A DNA stretch of 64,000 nt from a virus: the IMG/VR virus record IMGVR_UViG_3300032753_000007, positions 45,753 to 109,752 of that record. One strand, written 5' to 3'. The notes under the pieces are model-generated. The model worked only from the letters and a program-made list of their open reading frames with translations. It was not told the DNA's origin and searched no databases. Shown here piece after piece: positions 48,610 through 57,919 of the stretch. Position 1 is the stretch's first letter, and the number at the start of each line of letters is the position of its first letter. A program made the position numbers and the translations under genes.

Positions 48610-49070
48610 ACTTCTAGTACTATTATTTTTTTAATATATTAGATATGTATTTTATTTATTACATATAAAAACATATATTATAGAGAGGTAAGGGGGGGAT
48701 ACCCCTTACACCAACAGTAAAATATATATTCTAATACAACGTAGTTGTATTAGAATATATATTGCTTTAGATAACATAGACATCGTAGATGTCTATTCCT
48801 CATAACTTAATTAATAATAGTAATATCACTTGAGTAGTAGTAGCTATGCTACTACTACGAGAGAATACATTGAATAATAGTACTGTTATTATACAGTAGA
48901 TGAGTAATGTGTATAGCATTGATAGATTAGTTAATTCATTAATAATTAAGTAGTGTGGTAATGAATAGATAGATTATTAATCAGTAGAGTAATGAAAGAG
49001 AGACTATATTACAGTACTTAAAGAGTAATCTATAGTAGAGTAATAAGAGTAATCATAGCTGTAATAAATA
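48610..49070. other. candidate replication origin: clustered hairpins, AGAGTAAT repeats, skew switch
   Basis: Large non-coding stretch with five inverted repeats (48688-48890), four AGAGTAAT copies plus one TGAGTAAT, and a C-poor top strand to the right. Confidence 0.5.
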
Positions 49071-49071
49071 G

Positions 49072-49106
49072 AAATAATTATAAACAGATATTATTAATGA
49101 GAGTAG
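49072..49106 (+). promoter_or_regulatory. putative early promoter
   Basis: AAATAATTATAAACAGATATTATTAATGAGAGTA. Confidence 0.5.
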
Positions 49107-49126
49107 ATAGTTATTGGAGATAAGTA

Positions 49127-49747
49127 ATGAATGAAATGAGATGTATTCCTGTTAAAGATATGGAAAGGATTGTATCGGGCAAATATAAAGGGAATTTAGG
49201 GTATAGTAATAGAGTGAGTAGTATTACGTTAGAAAAGCATATCGACTATGATGGTAGAGTAGAGGTGAGTACATTTAAGGTGGATGTTAATGCTAAAGAT
49301 ACTACGAGTGATGCTAGGTATGAGATAACGAGTGATGGTGAAACACATTTAGAAATAGTATCTAAAGTGAATTTAGTGGTGCCTTATGCAATCTATGAGG
49401 GTAAAAAAGGCTGTAATAAGGTGGTGTTAGAAACAATGGGTAAAGCAACGGCTATAATAACACACGATGTTATTATAGCGAAACAAGATAAGGTAGTGGG
49501 TGATGGGGTTCGTAAGGTCTATAAAAAAGGTGAAAATGAGGTATTAATAAATACCTATATACATCCTGGTATGCCTGTTATATTTCATCATGATAATCCT
49601 TTTTTAGAGGTAGTAAAGAGTACGTTTTATAGTGACTTAGTTAAAAGGTATGTAAATATAGAGCCTATTGGTGTGAGTTATACCATGGGGTTAGATTACT
49701 TTATAAATAAGCTTAGAGAGTACATTGATAGGGAGAATAATAAATGA
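49127..49747 (+). CDS. hypothetical protein
   Basis: 206 aa; SD GGAG. Confidence 0.65.
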   Translation: MNEMRCIPVKDMERIVSGKYKGNLGYSNRVSSITLEKHIDYDGRVEVSTFKVDVNAKDTTSDARYEITSDGETHLEIVSKVNLVVPYAIYEGKKGCNKVVLETMGKATAIITHDVIIAKQDKVVGDGVRKVYKKGENEVLINTYIHPGMPVIFHHDNPFLEVVKSTFYSDLVKRYVNIEPIGVSYTMGLDYFINKLREYIDRENNK

Positions 49748-49774
49748 CATGTAACCCTTTTATTAAAAGCTAAT

Positions 49775-50338
49775 ATGAGAGTAAAATCAATTACACTAGA
49801 AGGTGAAATTACACCTAATAGCAAAGGCAGTACTCATGTAGCTATTAGTTTTAATAATGATAGCTTAATCTATAAAGTACTGTATAACGCCTTATACAAA
49901 ATAAATGAGGATTTAATTGTAATAATTATAACTAATCCTGAATTACAACAATTTGGAATTATTTATTCACTATCAACTAAAAAAATCAAAGATTATAGTC
50001 CATTAACAGCAATTGCTGCAAGTGCTTTAGGCAACTACAATAAAGCATTAAACGAGTATTTGGATAACCTATGGGGTAATTGCGTAGATGAAAAACTAAT
50101 TAGACGTTGTTACTTTAATATTAGAATATGTGAGCGTGATTTATTTAAACTAGAATTAAGTAAATTTTTAGTTGAAAATGATTACTTAATAAATAGCATA
50201 ATGAATATTGTAAATGTAGTGCCAGTAAAAGAGATGGATTGGTGGTTTAGAGATGACATAGTAGTGGATAAAGATGTAGTAGATGATGTAAAAGCATTAA
50301 ACGAGTATTTGGATAACAAAGAGCAAGAGGATAACTAA
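49775..50338 (+). CDS. hypothetical protein with internal 9-aa duplication
   Basis: 187 aa; KALNEYLDN occurs twice. Confidence 0.6.
   Translation: MRVKSITLEGEITPNSKGSTHVAISFNNDSLIYKVLYNALYKINEDLIVIIITNPELQQFGIIYSLSTKKIKDYSPLTAIAASALGNYNKALNEYLDNLWGNCVDEKLIRRCYFNIRICERDLFKLELSKFLVENDYLINSIMNIVNVVPVKEMDWWFRDDIVVDKDVVDDVKALNEYLDNKEQEDN
50042..50317 (+). repeat. 27-bp exact direct repeat (50042-50068 and 50291-50317)
   Basis: AAAGCATTAAACGAGTATTTGGATAAC twice, 249 bp apart and in frame. Confidence 0.9.
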
Positions 50339-51009
50339 TGATAAGTTTTAATGAAATACAGGAAAATATTAAAGATGAAATACATAAAGACATTATAAAT
50401 GACACGAGTACTAATGGTAAAGATGTGGTACAAGGTGATTTGTTTGATGTATTTGTACCTGAGTATTATAGTGAGGCTGTGTTAACCTCTGCTTTTATGT
50501 TAGCAATTTCATATGTTAAAAAAACTAAATTAATTACAGCAGCTACTGAAAGTTTTATTTTTCGTGGGTGGCAGTTAGCTGACAATAAAGAAGCATATAG
50601 ATTAAAAGATGATAAACACTTTACACCACTAATCTATTCAAATACATTAGCATTAAATAATGCATTTGAACTAACATTAAAGTATTATAACTTTAAACTC
50701 TTTAGTGCATTACACAGTGGTCAACATCGTCATGCAAAAGTGTTTTATAGGTCATCATCTATTAGTTATTATAGCTTATCTAATTTCAATACAGATGAAT
50801 TAAATGGCTTATGGTTGGGTGTGGTGCTGCGATATATTTATGACATTTATGTTAAAGAATTAAAAGCTATTGGAAGTGTTAAAATCTTAAAGAGTAGGCC
50901 ATCTGATTTATGGATTAACTTGTTAGACACAGAAGTACTCCATTATGATGGTAAATACTATACTGATCCTTTGTATAAAATACTCGCATTGCCATTAGCA
51001 TCACAATAA
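50338..51009 (+). CDS. hypothetical protein
   Basis: 223 aa; TAATG coupling; SD GAGG. Confidence 0.65.
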   Translation: MISFNEIQENIKDEIHKDIINDTSTNGKDVVQGDLFDVFVPEYYSEAVLTSAFMLAISYVKKTKLITAATESFIFRGWQLADNKEAYRLKDDKHFTPLIYSNTLALNNAFELTLKYYNFKLFSALHSGQHRHAKVFYRSSSISYYSLSNFNTDELNGLWLGVVLRYIYDIYVKELKAIGSVKILKSRPSDLWINLLDTEVLHYDGKYYTDPLYKILALPLASQ

Positions 51010-51012
51010 TCA

Positions 51013-51047
51013 AGTTAAACTAATAAATATATTATTTACATGTAGTA
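51013..51047 (+). promoter_or_regulatory. putative early promoter for chmA
   Basis: ...AAATATATTATTTACATGTAGTAT matches the repeated motif. Confidence 0.6.
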
Positions 51048-51191
51048 TATGCTAACGTTTAACGATTAATGAGGATTTAAAAAATGTAATTAAAAACATT
51101 GAGTAATATCATATGTGATAACACGCACGACATAGCCATCTATGTCGTGTTTTACAATCTAACCTTTACCATTAAAAAAAAGGAATAAAAC

Positions 51192-53183
51192 ATGTCAAAT
51201 ACTTATTTTGATGAAGACGATATCTCTAGCTACAAAGCCAATAGAAATACTGCACAACAAGCACAACCACAACAACAAAGACAAGCACCACCGACTGGTA
51301 ATGCTCAAAAGACATTTAACTTTAGAGATTTAAGAGGTGCTGTATTAGCACACATTGGTACCAGTAAAGATGGTAAAACCGCACTGACTACAATGCAACA
51401 AATTACTGAGCAGTTTGTTGCACAAAACGTAGAGCGTCCAGTATCTAAGTTTCTGTTAATTGAAGATCCACAATTATCAGTGACTGCACTCGTAGCGTAC
51501 TTCACACCAGCGAGTACAATTTGCTACTATATGGTTTACTTGTTAGCTGCTAGTGCTCAACCGCCTAGCAACAAAATGATACAAATCCACAATGGCACTA
51601 AAACCATTGAAAAGGATTTTCCAGTGTCCGATTACTTTAATGAGAAAATGCGGGCTGTTGTAGAACATACTCTGAAAACCACACTACAACACAGTGGTGT
51701 TAGTTTTATGGGCATTAGTAACTATGGCATTACTGTTATTCCAAAAGAAGTTAACTTGGAAGACATTAGTGCATTAGCACCATTCTATATTCACATGGTT
51801 TCATCACTGTCAGCTGCTATTTCTATTGGTGGTGGCATTAGTACCTCTAGCTTAACATGTGATAGGTTGCGAATCGAAAACAGAAAGCTTGTAGCACAGT
51901 TTGTATTGACACCAGGTGCTACTTATAGAAGCAGTATTGGACAACCAATGGCAGGTGACTTTACAGTAACAACCAGTTCTGTACCTGTTAATACACGTCA
52001 ATACAGCGATATGATTCATAGTAAACAAGATGAATCTGTTATCACTCATTTAGTGGGATACCTTGATTTTATTAGGATTCCACAACAAAGGCATTTACCA
52101 CAATATGGTGTGCCACAAAATTACTATGAGCCAGGTTATAATCCTGTCATTGTTATTACTGAATTATCGTCATTTGGTAAAACAGCAGTGCCTATTGATA
52201 GTTTGTTAACATTCTTGTTAGCATTGCCATCTGTTATTCCATTGGTTACCGCTGAACAGAAATGGACGCAATTGTTTGCGCCTAATATTGGCACTACAAA
52301 TAAGGCAACACTAGGCGCATTGTCGCTTGAACATAACCTAGAGCCTGGTAAACCCTTTCAGCCTAAAATCACTGAATTGTACCCTGATACTGGTGTATAT
52401 AATCCAGAGATTACAACTATTTCTGAATTTGCTAGAGCTTTTGTCTCTACTACTCCCGTGATTGTCTTAGACATTCTTAACGGTGGCCCATTAATGGGCA
52501 TTTACTATTATATCGTATTTGCCAAACCAGGCACCGAATGCGAACGCATTATATTGCGCGAGCTAGATTCATTCTTTGCTATCACACAAGCAGATGGTAG
52601 CGTTGTAAACGATGTGTTTACTCGACTATGGCAAGCTGCAGGTAGCCCTTGTATCATTGCTCAAAATAGAAATACAAAGGTTCCTGATGAACCTACCATT
52701 ATTCATGCGGCTACTGTTATTACAGGCGATAAATCATTTGGTGATGCAAGTGAAAGCATTCTTGATATTCGTAGCTGTGATTACCTATCAGTACTGGAAA
52801 GAAGCAATGGTAATAAAGAAGTCATTGATGCATATAGCTGTGGCTATGTGCCAGGTACTTACAGCGATGAAGAGTTGGACATGAAACGAAATATCTTGAA
52901 AAATATGTTTGCCAATTTGAACATTACTGGTAAAATTACCAGAGTACACTTAAACAACGCTTTCATTTCAGTGATTGAAGAAGCGTTGAAAGTAGCCAAC
53001 ATCATTTATCAAGTAGAAGGTCTACAAGACTCAATGGCATTTAGTAATGAACGCCATTACTTTGATCCAGATAGCGTAAACGTACCGTTGAAAACACACG
53101 GCGCGTTTAACGCTTGGGCAAACAACCCCAATACTCCTCCTACTGGATTTAACAATCCGTTTATGAACTCGATGTACAGATAA
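51192..53183 (+). CDS. chmA: chimallin, major phage nuclear shell protein (phiKZ gp54-like)
   Basis: 663 aa; immediately upstream of nvRNAP beta'; disordered Q-rich N-terminus, GYLDF, P.IVIT, DIRSCDYL and ITGKITRV segments; aromatic/Asn-rich tail; own promoter and terminator. Confidence 0.8.
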   Translation: MSNTYFDEDDISSYKANRNTAQQAQPQQQRQAPPTGNAQKTFNFRDLRGAVLAHIGTSKDGKTALTTMQQITEQFVAQNVERPVSKFLLIEDPQLSVTALVAYFTPASTICYYMVYLLAASAQPPSNKMIQIHNGTKTIEKDFPVSDYFNEKMRAVVEHTLKTTLQHSGVSFMGISNYGITVIPKEVNLEDISALAPFYIHMVSSLSAAISIGGGISTSSLTCDRLRIENRKLVAQFVLTPGATYRSSIGQPMAGDFTVTTSSVPVNTRQYSDMIHSKQDESVITHLVGYLDFIRIPQQRHLPQYGVPQNYYEPGYNPVIVITELSSFGKTAVPIDSLLTFLLALPSVIPLVTAEQKWTQLFAPNIGTTNKATLGALSLEHNLEPGKPFQPKITELYPDTGVYNPEITTISEFARAFVSTTPVIVLDILNGGPLMGIYYYIVFAKPGTECERIILRELDSFFAITQADGSVVNDVFTRLWQAAGSPCIIAQNRNTKVPDEPTIIHAATVITGDKSFGDASESILDIRSCDYLSVLERSNGNKEVIDAYSCGYVPGTYSDEELDMKRNILKNMFANLNITGKITRVHLNNAFISVIEEALKVANIIYQVEGLQDSMAFSNERHYFDPDSVNVPLKTHGAFNAWANNPNTPPTGFNNPFMNSMYR

Positions 53184-53189
53184 TAGACG

Positions 53190-53234
53190 TAATAGAGGCA
53201 GGATATATCCTGCCTCTATTATTTATCTTTTTTT
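53190..53234 (+). terminator. intrinsic terminator (32-bp perfect palindrome)
   Basis: TAATAGAGGCAGGATATATCCTGCCTCTATTA followed by a T-rich tract. Confidence 0.85.
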
Positions 53235-53251
53235 CACATTAAGGAGAACAT

Positions 53252-54790
53252 ATGCCAGGATATTTAGAAATAACGGATATGGATGCGTTATTTAAATTAT
53301 GTAAATCACCAATAATCATTAATGATTTGCCCAATACCACAAAAGAAGAAAGAGCTGCTTTTGATTCAGTCATTTATACGCGATTAGGTGATACAGAAAT
53401 ATTATCTAATACACCTACTTGTTCCTGTGGGGTTTTAAATGAAGGTAAAGAGTTAAATAGAATTTGTCCTAAATGTGGAACTGAAGTTCTCTATCCTAAT
53501 GAAAGTGATATTGAGTTTACTAATTGGATGCGTATTCCTGAACCATTAGATGGCTTTATAACACCAGTTGTATTTCATCGTTTACATATGGCATTAGGTG
53601 GTGGTAAGTATTCGTTATTAAATTATTTATTAGAAAGTAAATCAGAGCCCCCACCTAATGCTCAAAAAGTATTATTATCTAAAATAGCATACATTAATAA
53701 ATTAGGTTTTCCAAGAGGTTATAATAACTTCATTAGAAACTTTGATTGGTTTTTAGAAATCTATCCTACGATTAGTAATAAGAAATCCAAACATAAGCCA
53801 GATAGTTATGGTGAAATATTAAAAAAATTTAAAGACAGATTATTTCCTAAGCATTTAGCATTGCCTTCTAAAACAATGCTAATCTTAAAAGAAACACAAC
53901 TAAAATCATATGCTGATAAGAATACGATGTTAGGTGCTATTGATGGCATTAGAACATTAACATCTATCTATAAACGACGTACTAGACCTTTATCAGAATA
54001 TTTGATTGAAAAGAAAGTCGTTAGCATTTTGTTTAACTTAGCTAAATACTATAACAATACCATACGCTTATCTTTTTGTCAAAAGAAAGGCTGGTTTAGA
54101 TATCATTTAGGTTCGTCTAAAAGTCAGTTTTGTTGTAGAGCAGTTATTGTGTCGTTATCTGAACCGCATTGTGTGCGTGAAATGCATATTCCTTGGGCTC
54201 AGGGTTTAGAATTACTCAAAATTCATATATGCTCAGTCCTGTTAAGAAGAGGCTGGCACCCTATTGATATATTAGCATATATTAATAGTCATCATACCGT
54301 GTATGATAAAATGTTAGATGATATCATGAAAGAACTTATTTATGAGTCATTAAAACCAGAAGATTTAGATGATGTCAGTGGAATAGATAAATTAATGTTA
54401 GCTAAAAATCCTAACTGTACTGATGTATTTCCTGATCATGGTATGCCCTGTTACTTTCCACGTGAAGGTTTACCGGTTATATTTCAACGTAATCCTTCAC
54501 TATCACGATTAAGTGCACAAATGCTTTATATTACGCGTATAAAGACAGATGTAAATGATCATACCATTTCGTGGAGTGAGCTATTAACAAAAGGCCCTAA
54601 TGCGGATTACGATGGTGATGCTATGCACTTTTATATGGTATTAGGTAAAAAGCATTATGATGCAGCTAGATTATTAGAAACACAATTTGGCATTCATGAT
54701 AAAAGAAAATTAGGGCGCATTAGTCGTGACGCATCATTACCTGACGTAGTGGTATCAACTATTGCAAATTGGTGTAATTATGAACGATAA
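53252..54790 (+). CDS. rpoC: non-virion RNA polymerase beta' N-terminal/catalytic subunit (phiKZ gp55-like)
   Basis: Zn finger CSCG...CPKC; KKGWFR, RAVI, QRNPSL and NADYDGD motifs. Confidence 0.9.
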   Translation: MPGYLEITDMDALFKLCKSPIIINDLPNTTKEERAAFDSVIYTRLGDTEILSNTPTCSCGVLNEGKELNRICPKCGTEVLYPNESDIEFTNWMRIPEPLDGFITPVVFHRLHMALGGGKYSLLNYLLESKSEPPPNAQKVLLSKIAYINKLGFPRGYNNFIRNFDWFLEIYPTISNKKSKHKPDSYGEILKKFKDRLFPKHLALPSKTMLILKETQLKSYADKNTMLGAIDGIRTLTSIYKRRTRPLSEYLIEKKVVSILFNLAKYYNNTIRLSFCQKKGWFRYHLGSSKSQFCCRAVIVSLSEPHCVREMHIPWAQGLELLKIHICSVLLRRGWHPIDILAYINSHHTVYDKMLDDIMKELIYESLKPEDLDDVSGIDKLMLAKNPNCTDVFPDHGMPCYFPREGLPVIFQRNPSLSRLSAQMLYITRIKTDVNDHTISWSELLTKGPNADYDGDAMHFYMVLGKKHYDAARLLETQFGIHDKRKLGRISRDASLPDVVVSTIANWCNYER

Positions 54791-54807
54791 TATAACGTGG
54801 AGTCACT

Positions 54808-55434
54808 ATGGCACCTGCACGTATTTATGAAGTAACTGATATATCAACTGTGGGTGCTGGAATTTATCAACAGCCCTCTTCAGAAACACAGCGTTATTTA
54901 GCACAACAAATGAATGATTATGTAGGGCGTGTATCTCAAGTAGATCCTAATTTTGGACAACAATTATTAAGAGATTATACGCAGTATCAAACATCTTGTA
55001 ATCAGTTATCTGAAAATTACTTTACTAATGTTGTTAGTACATTATGGAGTGCTCCAAGAACTCGACCAATTACACTGATGGAAGAAATGCAATTAGCACC
55101 TACTAGTATGCAGCGGTGGATATTGGCTAATCCTGCTGTTCAAGATAAGTATTTAAAAAATGAAATTTCAGGTTATAATGATGCGTATGAGGGTATTAGG
55201 CATAATCAAATAGGTATACATAATCGTGATTATCGTATAGCGACTTCAGGTGTAATGATGGAGCTTAGAAATAAACTAGTTACACGTACTTATACTGAAG
55301 TTTTAGAAGAAGAAGATATTTTAACAGTTACTGATAAATACAACATTAGAGTAACTTGGAATGCAATTGAAGATCTATTTAATAATGAAAGCAATTATGA
55401 AGACCCTACTTCATCAAGTGGTGGTACGTTATAA
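54808..55434 (+). CDS. conserved protein (phiKZ gp59-like, positional)
   Basis: 208 aa; APTSMQRWILANP, DYR and C-terminal DPTS..G.L segments. Confidence 0.6.
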   Translation: MAPARIYEVTDISTVGAGIYQQPSSETQRYLAQQMNDYVGRVSQVDPNFGQQLLRDYTQYQTSCNQLSENYFTNVVSTLWSAPRTRPITLMEEMQLAPTSMQRWILANPAVQDKYLKNEISGYNDAYEGIRHNQIGIHNRDYRIATSGVMMELRNKLVTRTYTEVLEEEDILTVTDKYNIRVTWNAIEDLFNNESNYEDPTSSSGGTL

Positions 55435-55465
55435 TAACAAATAAATAGATAGCACTATTTTATGC

Positions 55466-55499
55466 GTGGTTAGCTAATTAGCTAACCACTTTATTTTTT
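55466..55499 (+). terminator. intrinsic terminator (24-bp perfect palindrome)
   Basis: GTGGTTAGCTAATTAGCTAACCAC followed by a T tract. Confidence 0.8.
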
Positions 55500-55515
55500 A
55501 TACAGGCAATAATAA

Positions 55516-55938
55516 ATGGAAGAGTTTGAAAAAATAACAACATTATTTAGTTTTTTTATTGAAGAAGCTAAATGGATTGATAAAGTTGAAGTACCTTATG
55601 TTAAATATGAACACATTGCTGTTTTTAAGAAATTAAATGAAAATGATGCTACTCTATTTGATACGTCTGATAGTGAAGTATTTTTTATAAAGCATACTGC
55701 ACAGCGTGAACATTTATCTATAACGTGCAATGAAATAGGTGAAATGCAAGCAATGTTGTATGTAGAATTAGATAAAATTAATAATAAAATTATTTTGTTA
55801 AAAAATATTATTAATGATTATACTAAACTATCTTTAGATGAAGTATATCATTCATTAGAAGATAAAGTAAAAGAACGGCAATCTATTATTGATAAGCTAT
55901 TAGAACTTAACTCTAATTCTTTTATATGGCAAAGTTAA
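55516..55938 (+). CDS. hypothetical protein
   Basis: 140-aa ORF. Confidence 0.55.
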   Translation: MEEFEKITTLFSFFIEEAKWIDKVEVPYVKYEHIAVFKKLNENDATLFDTSDSEVFFIKHTAQREHLSITCNEIGEMQAMLYVELDKINNKIILLKNIINDYTKLSLDEVYHSLEDKVKERQSIIDKLLELNSNSFIWQS

Positions 55939-56318
55939 TTCCAAAACTAGATGGTGCAAGTTGGTCAATGACACCACGTCAAAAAGTCGTTAATGCGTTT
56001 GCTAATTTATTAACGTCTAATTATTCACAATCAACTATTTATAAAGGTAAAGTAACTACATTACAACAATTAATAGCGACTTATCAAACTGACATAACTA
56101 CAATGACTGATGAGTTAGAAAACGCACTCTTTGCTTATTACAGTCGTTTTTGTACGTTAGTTAATGTAGGTGTAGTTGCTGCTGATATAACTGATACTTC
56201 ATATACTTTACAAATCTCAATTAATGTGACACTGGATGGTGAAGTAGTTAGCGTAGCTAATGCAATACCTGTAAGCGGTGGATCATTAGCAACCGTTATA
56301 CAGGAGCTTAATAAATGA
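55926..56318 (+). CDS. conserved hypothetical protein of the chmA block
   Basis: 130 aa; SNYSQSTIY segment; coupled to the next gene. Confidence 0.6.
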   Translation: MAKLIPKLDGASWSMTPRQKVVNAFANLLTSNYSQSTIYKGKVTTLQQLIATYQTDITTMTDELENALFAYYSRFCTLVNVGVVAADITDTSYTLQISINVTLDGEVVSVANAIPVSGGSLATVIQELNK

Positions 56319-56788
56319 ACGACTATTTAGAAGTAATTATTAATGAAGCATTACCTACTATTAAAGAAAATGAATTTAAAGCTAATTATTTACCATTATT
56401 ATTTTCTGATGATCTTTCAGCGTTTAATACTGCTTGGTTAAATAATGTAGCTAGACATCCTCATGCCAGTGTAAACATTGTAGATAATAATAGCAACGTT
56501 ATTATTACTGTACCGCCATTACGCATTTCGTTATTAGATTCAAGCAATAGCACTATAGCTGATGAATTAGCATTAGCTGAACGCTATAGTGAAACAAATG
56601 CCATGATTGGTAATGCAATGTTAAATAAAGTCATTAATAAATTAATGCTATCTCAAAATGAAGGCTATGATTCAGAGCATATTGCTAAATGGACTGCATT
56701 AATTAATCATTATGGCGGTCATACCTCTATTCCTAAACCCGTAAAAGAACCTACCAGCATTGTTAATTACGTTGATGAAGAATGGTAG
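56315..56788 (+). CDS. conserved hypothetical protein of the chmA block
   Basis: 157 aa; E..F...YLPL, W...A and VPPL segments. Confidence 0.6.
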   Translation: MNDYLEVIINEALPTIKENEFKANYLPLLFSDDLSAFNTAWLNNVARHPHASVNIVDNNSNVIITVPPLRISLLDSSNSTIADELALAERYSETNAMIGNAMLNKVINKLMLSQNEGYDSEHIAKWTALINHYGGHTSIPKPVKEPTSIVNYVDEEW

Positions 56789-57905
56789 TGTAATTAAAAT
56801 TATTGAACTCTCTGATTTACATTTAGGTGTAAAGAGTATACCCATTGAAGCAATGATTAATGGGCTAAATAAAAGTTTACCTGATAATGATTATCTCAGT
56901 GATATTGATATTATTTTTTTAGCAGGTGATGTATTTGATAGAGAGTTAATATTTCCTTCTGTAGAGGCATTAGTTATTCAGCATTGGATTGTTAGATTAT
57001 TAAAGTTATGTAAAAAATATAATGTTTTATTAAGAATATTAGAAGGCACGCCTTCACATGACCATAGACAATCTAAACACTTTATCCATTTAAATGATGT
57101 ATTTCATATTGAAGCTGATGTTAAATATATAGATATATTATTTATAGAGTATATAGAGCAATTTGATATTAGTGTGCTCTATGTACCTGATGAATGGCGT
57201 AGCACTACTGAAGTCACTCAAGCTGAAGTAAAGCAATTACTAAATGCACATTCATTAACTCAAGTTGACTATGCTATTATGCATGGTTGTTTTACCTATC
57301 AATTACCTGAGGTAGCATATGCGCCAGTCCATAATGAAGCGTATTACTTATCAATTGTCCGATACTATATCTTTATTGGGCATCATCATCAACACACTCA
57401 TTGTGATAGGATTATTGCAGCAGGGAGTCATGATCGCATCACGCATGGTCAAGAAGAATCTAAAGGCTATATATGCGCTACCATCGATCATATATCCCAT
57501 GAAATGAGTTTTGAATTTATTACTAATGAATTAGCTGCACTATTTATTACATTAGATAGTAGTTTATTTACAGCTAAAAAATTAACGAGTAAATTAGATA
57601 GCTTACTTAAACAACAGATAGAAACAAATATACCATTAAATATTCGTTTCTTGTATGATTCGCCATCACCATTAGAATCAATTATGAGTTCTTATAGTCG
57701 GCATTATAAATATGTCACTTGGACGGAGTCTAAAAAGACAAAAAAAGAAAAGAAAAAGAAAGGTAATCATTTACCTGACTTATTTGTACCCTTAATTATT
57801 AGTAAAACTACTATTAATGATATTATAAAATTACGACTCATTAATAAAGGTCATGAGCCTACATTCATTAATAAAATAGATTCACTATTAAATGTATTAA
57901 AATAA
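56775..57905 (+). CDS. sbcD: SbcD/Mre11-family metallophosphoesterase nuclease
   Basis: SDLHLG, AGDVFD, GTPSHD, MHG, GHHH and GS motifs; ATG at 56775 preferred to TTG at 56760. Confidence 0.9.
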   Translation: MKNGSVIKIIELSDLHLGVKSIPIEAMINGLNKSLPDNDYLSDIDIIFLAGDVFDRELIFPSVEALVIQHWIVRLLKLCKKYNVLLRILEGTPSHDHRQSKHFIHLNDVFHIEADVKYIDILFIEYIEQFDISVLYVPDEWRSTTEVTQAEVKQLLNAHSLTQVDYAIMHGCFTYQLPEVAYAPVHNEAYYLSIVRYYIFIGHHHQHTHCDRIIAAGSHDRITHGQEESKGYICATIDHISHEMSFEFITNELAALFITLDSSLFTAKKLTSKLDSLLKQQIETNIPLNIRFLYDSPSPLESIMSSYSRHYKYVTWTESKKTKKEKKKKGNHLPDLFVPLIISKTTINDIIKLRLINKGHEPTFINKIDSLLNVLK

Positions 57906-57919
57906 AGGTAAATTGATAT

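Noticed and set aside
11454-54790. Introns, inteins or homing endonucleases in RNAP, terminase or DNA polymerase genes
   Set aside because: All are single ORFs of expected size, with no intein termini and no HNH, GIY-YIG or LAGLIDADG motifs.
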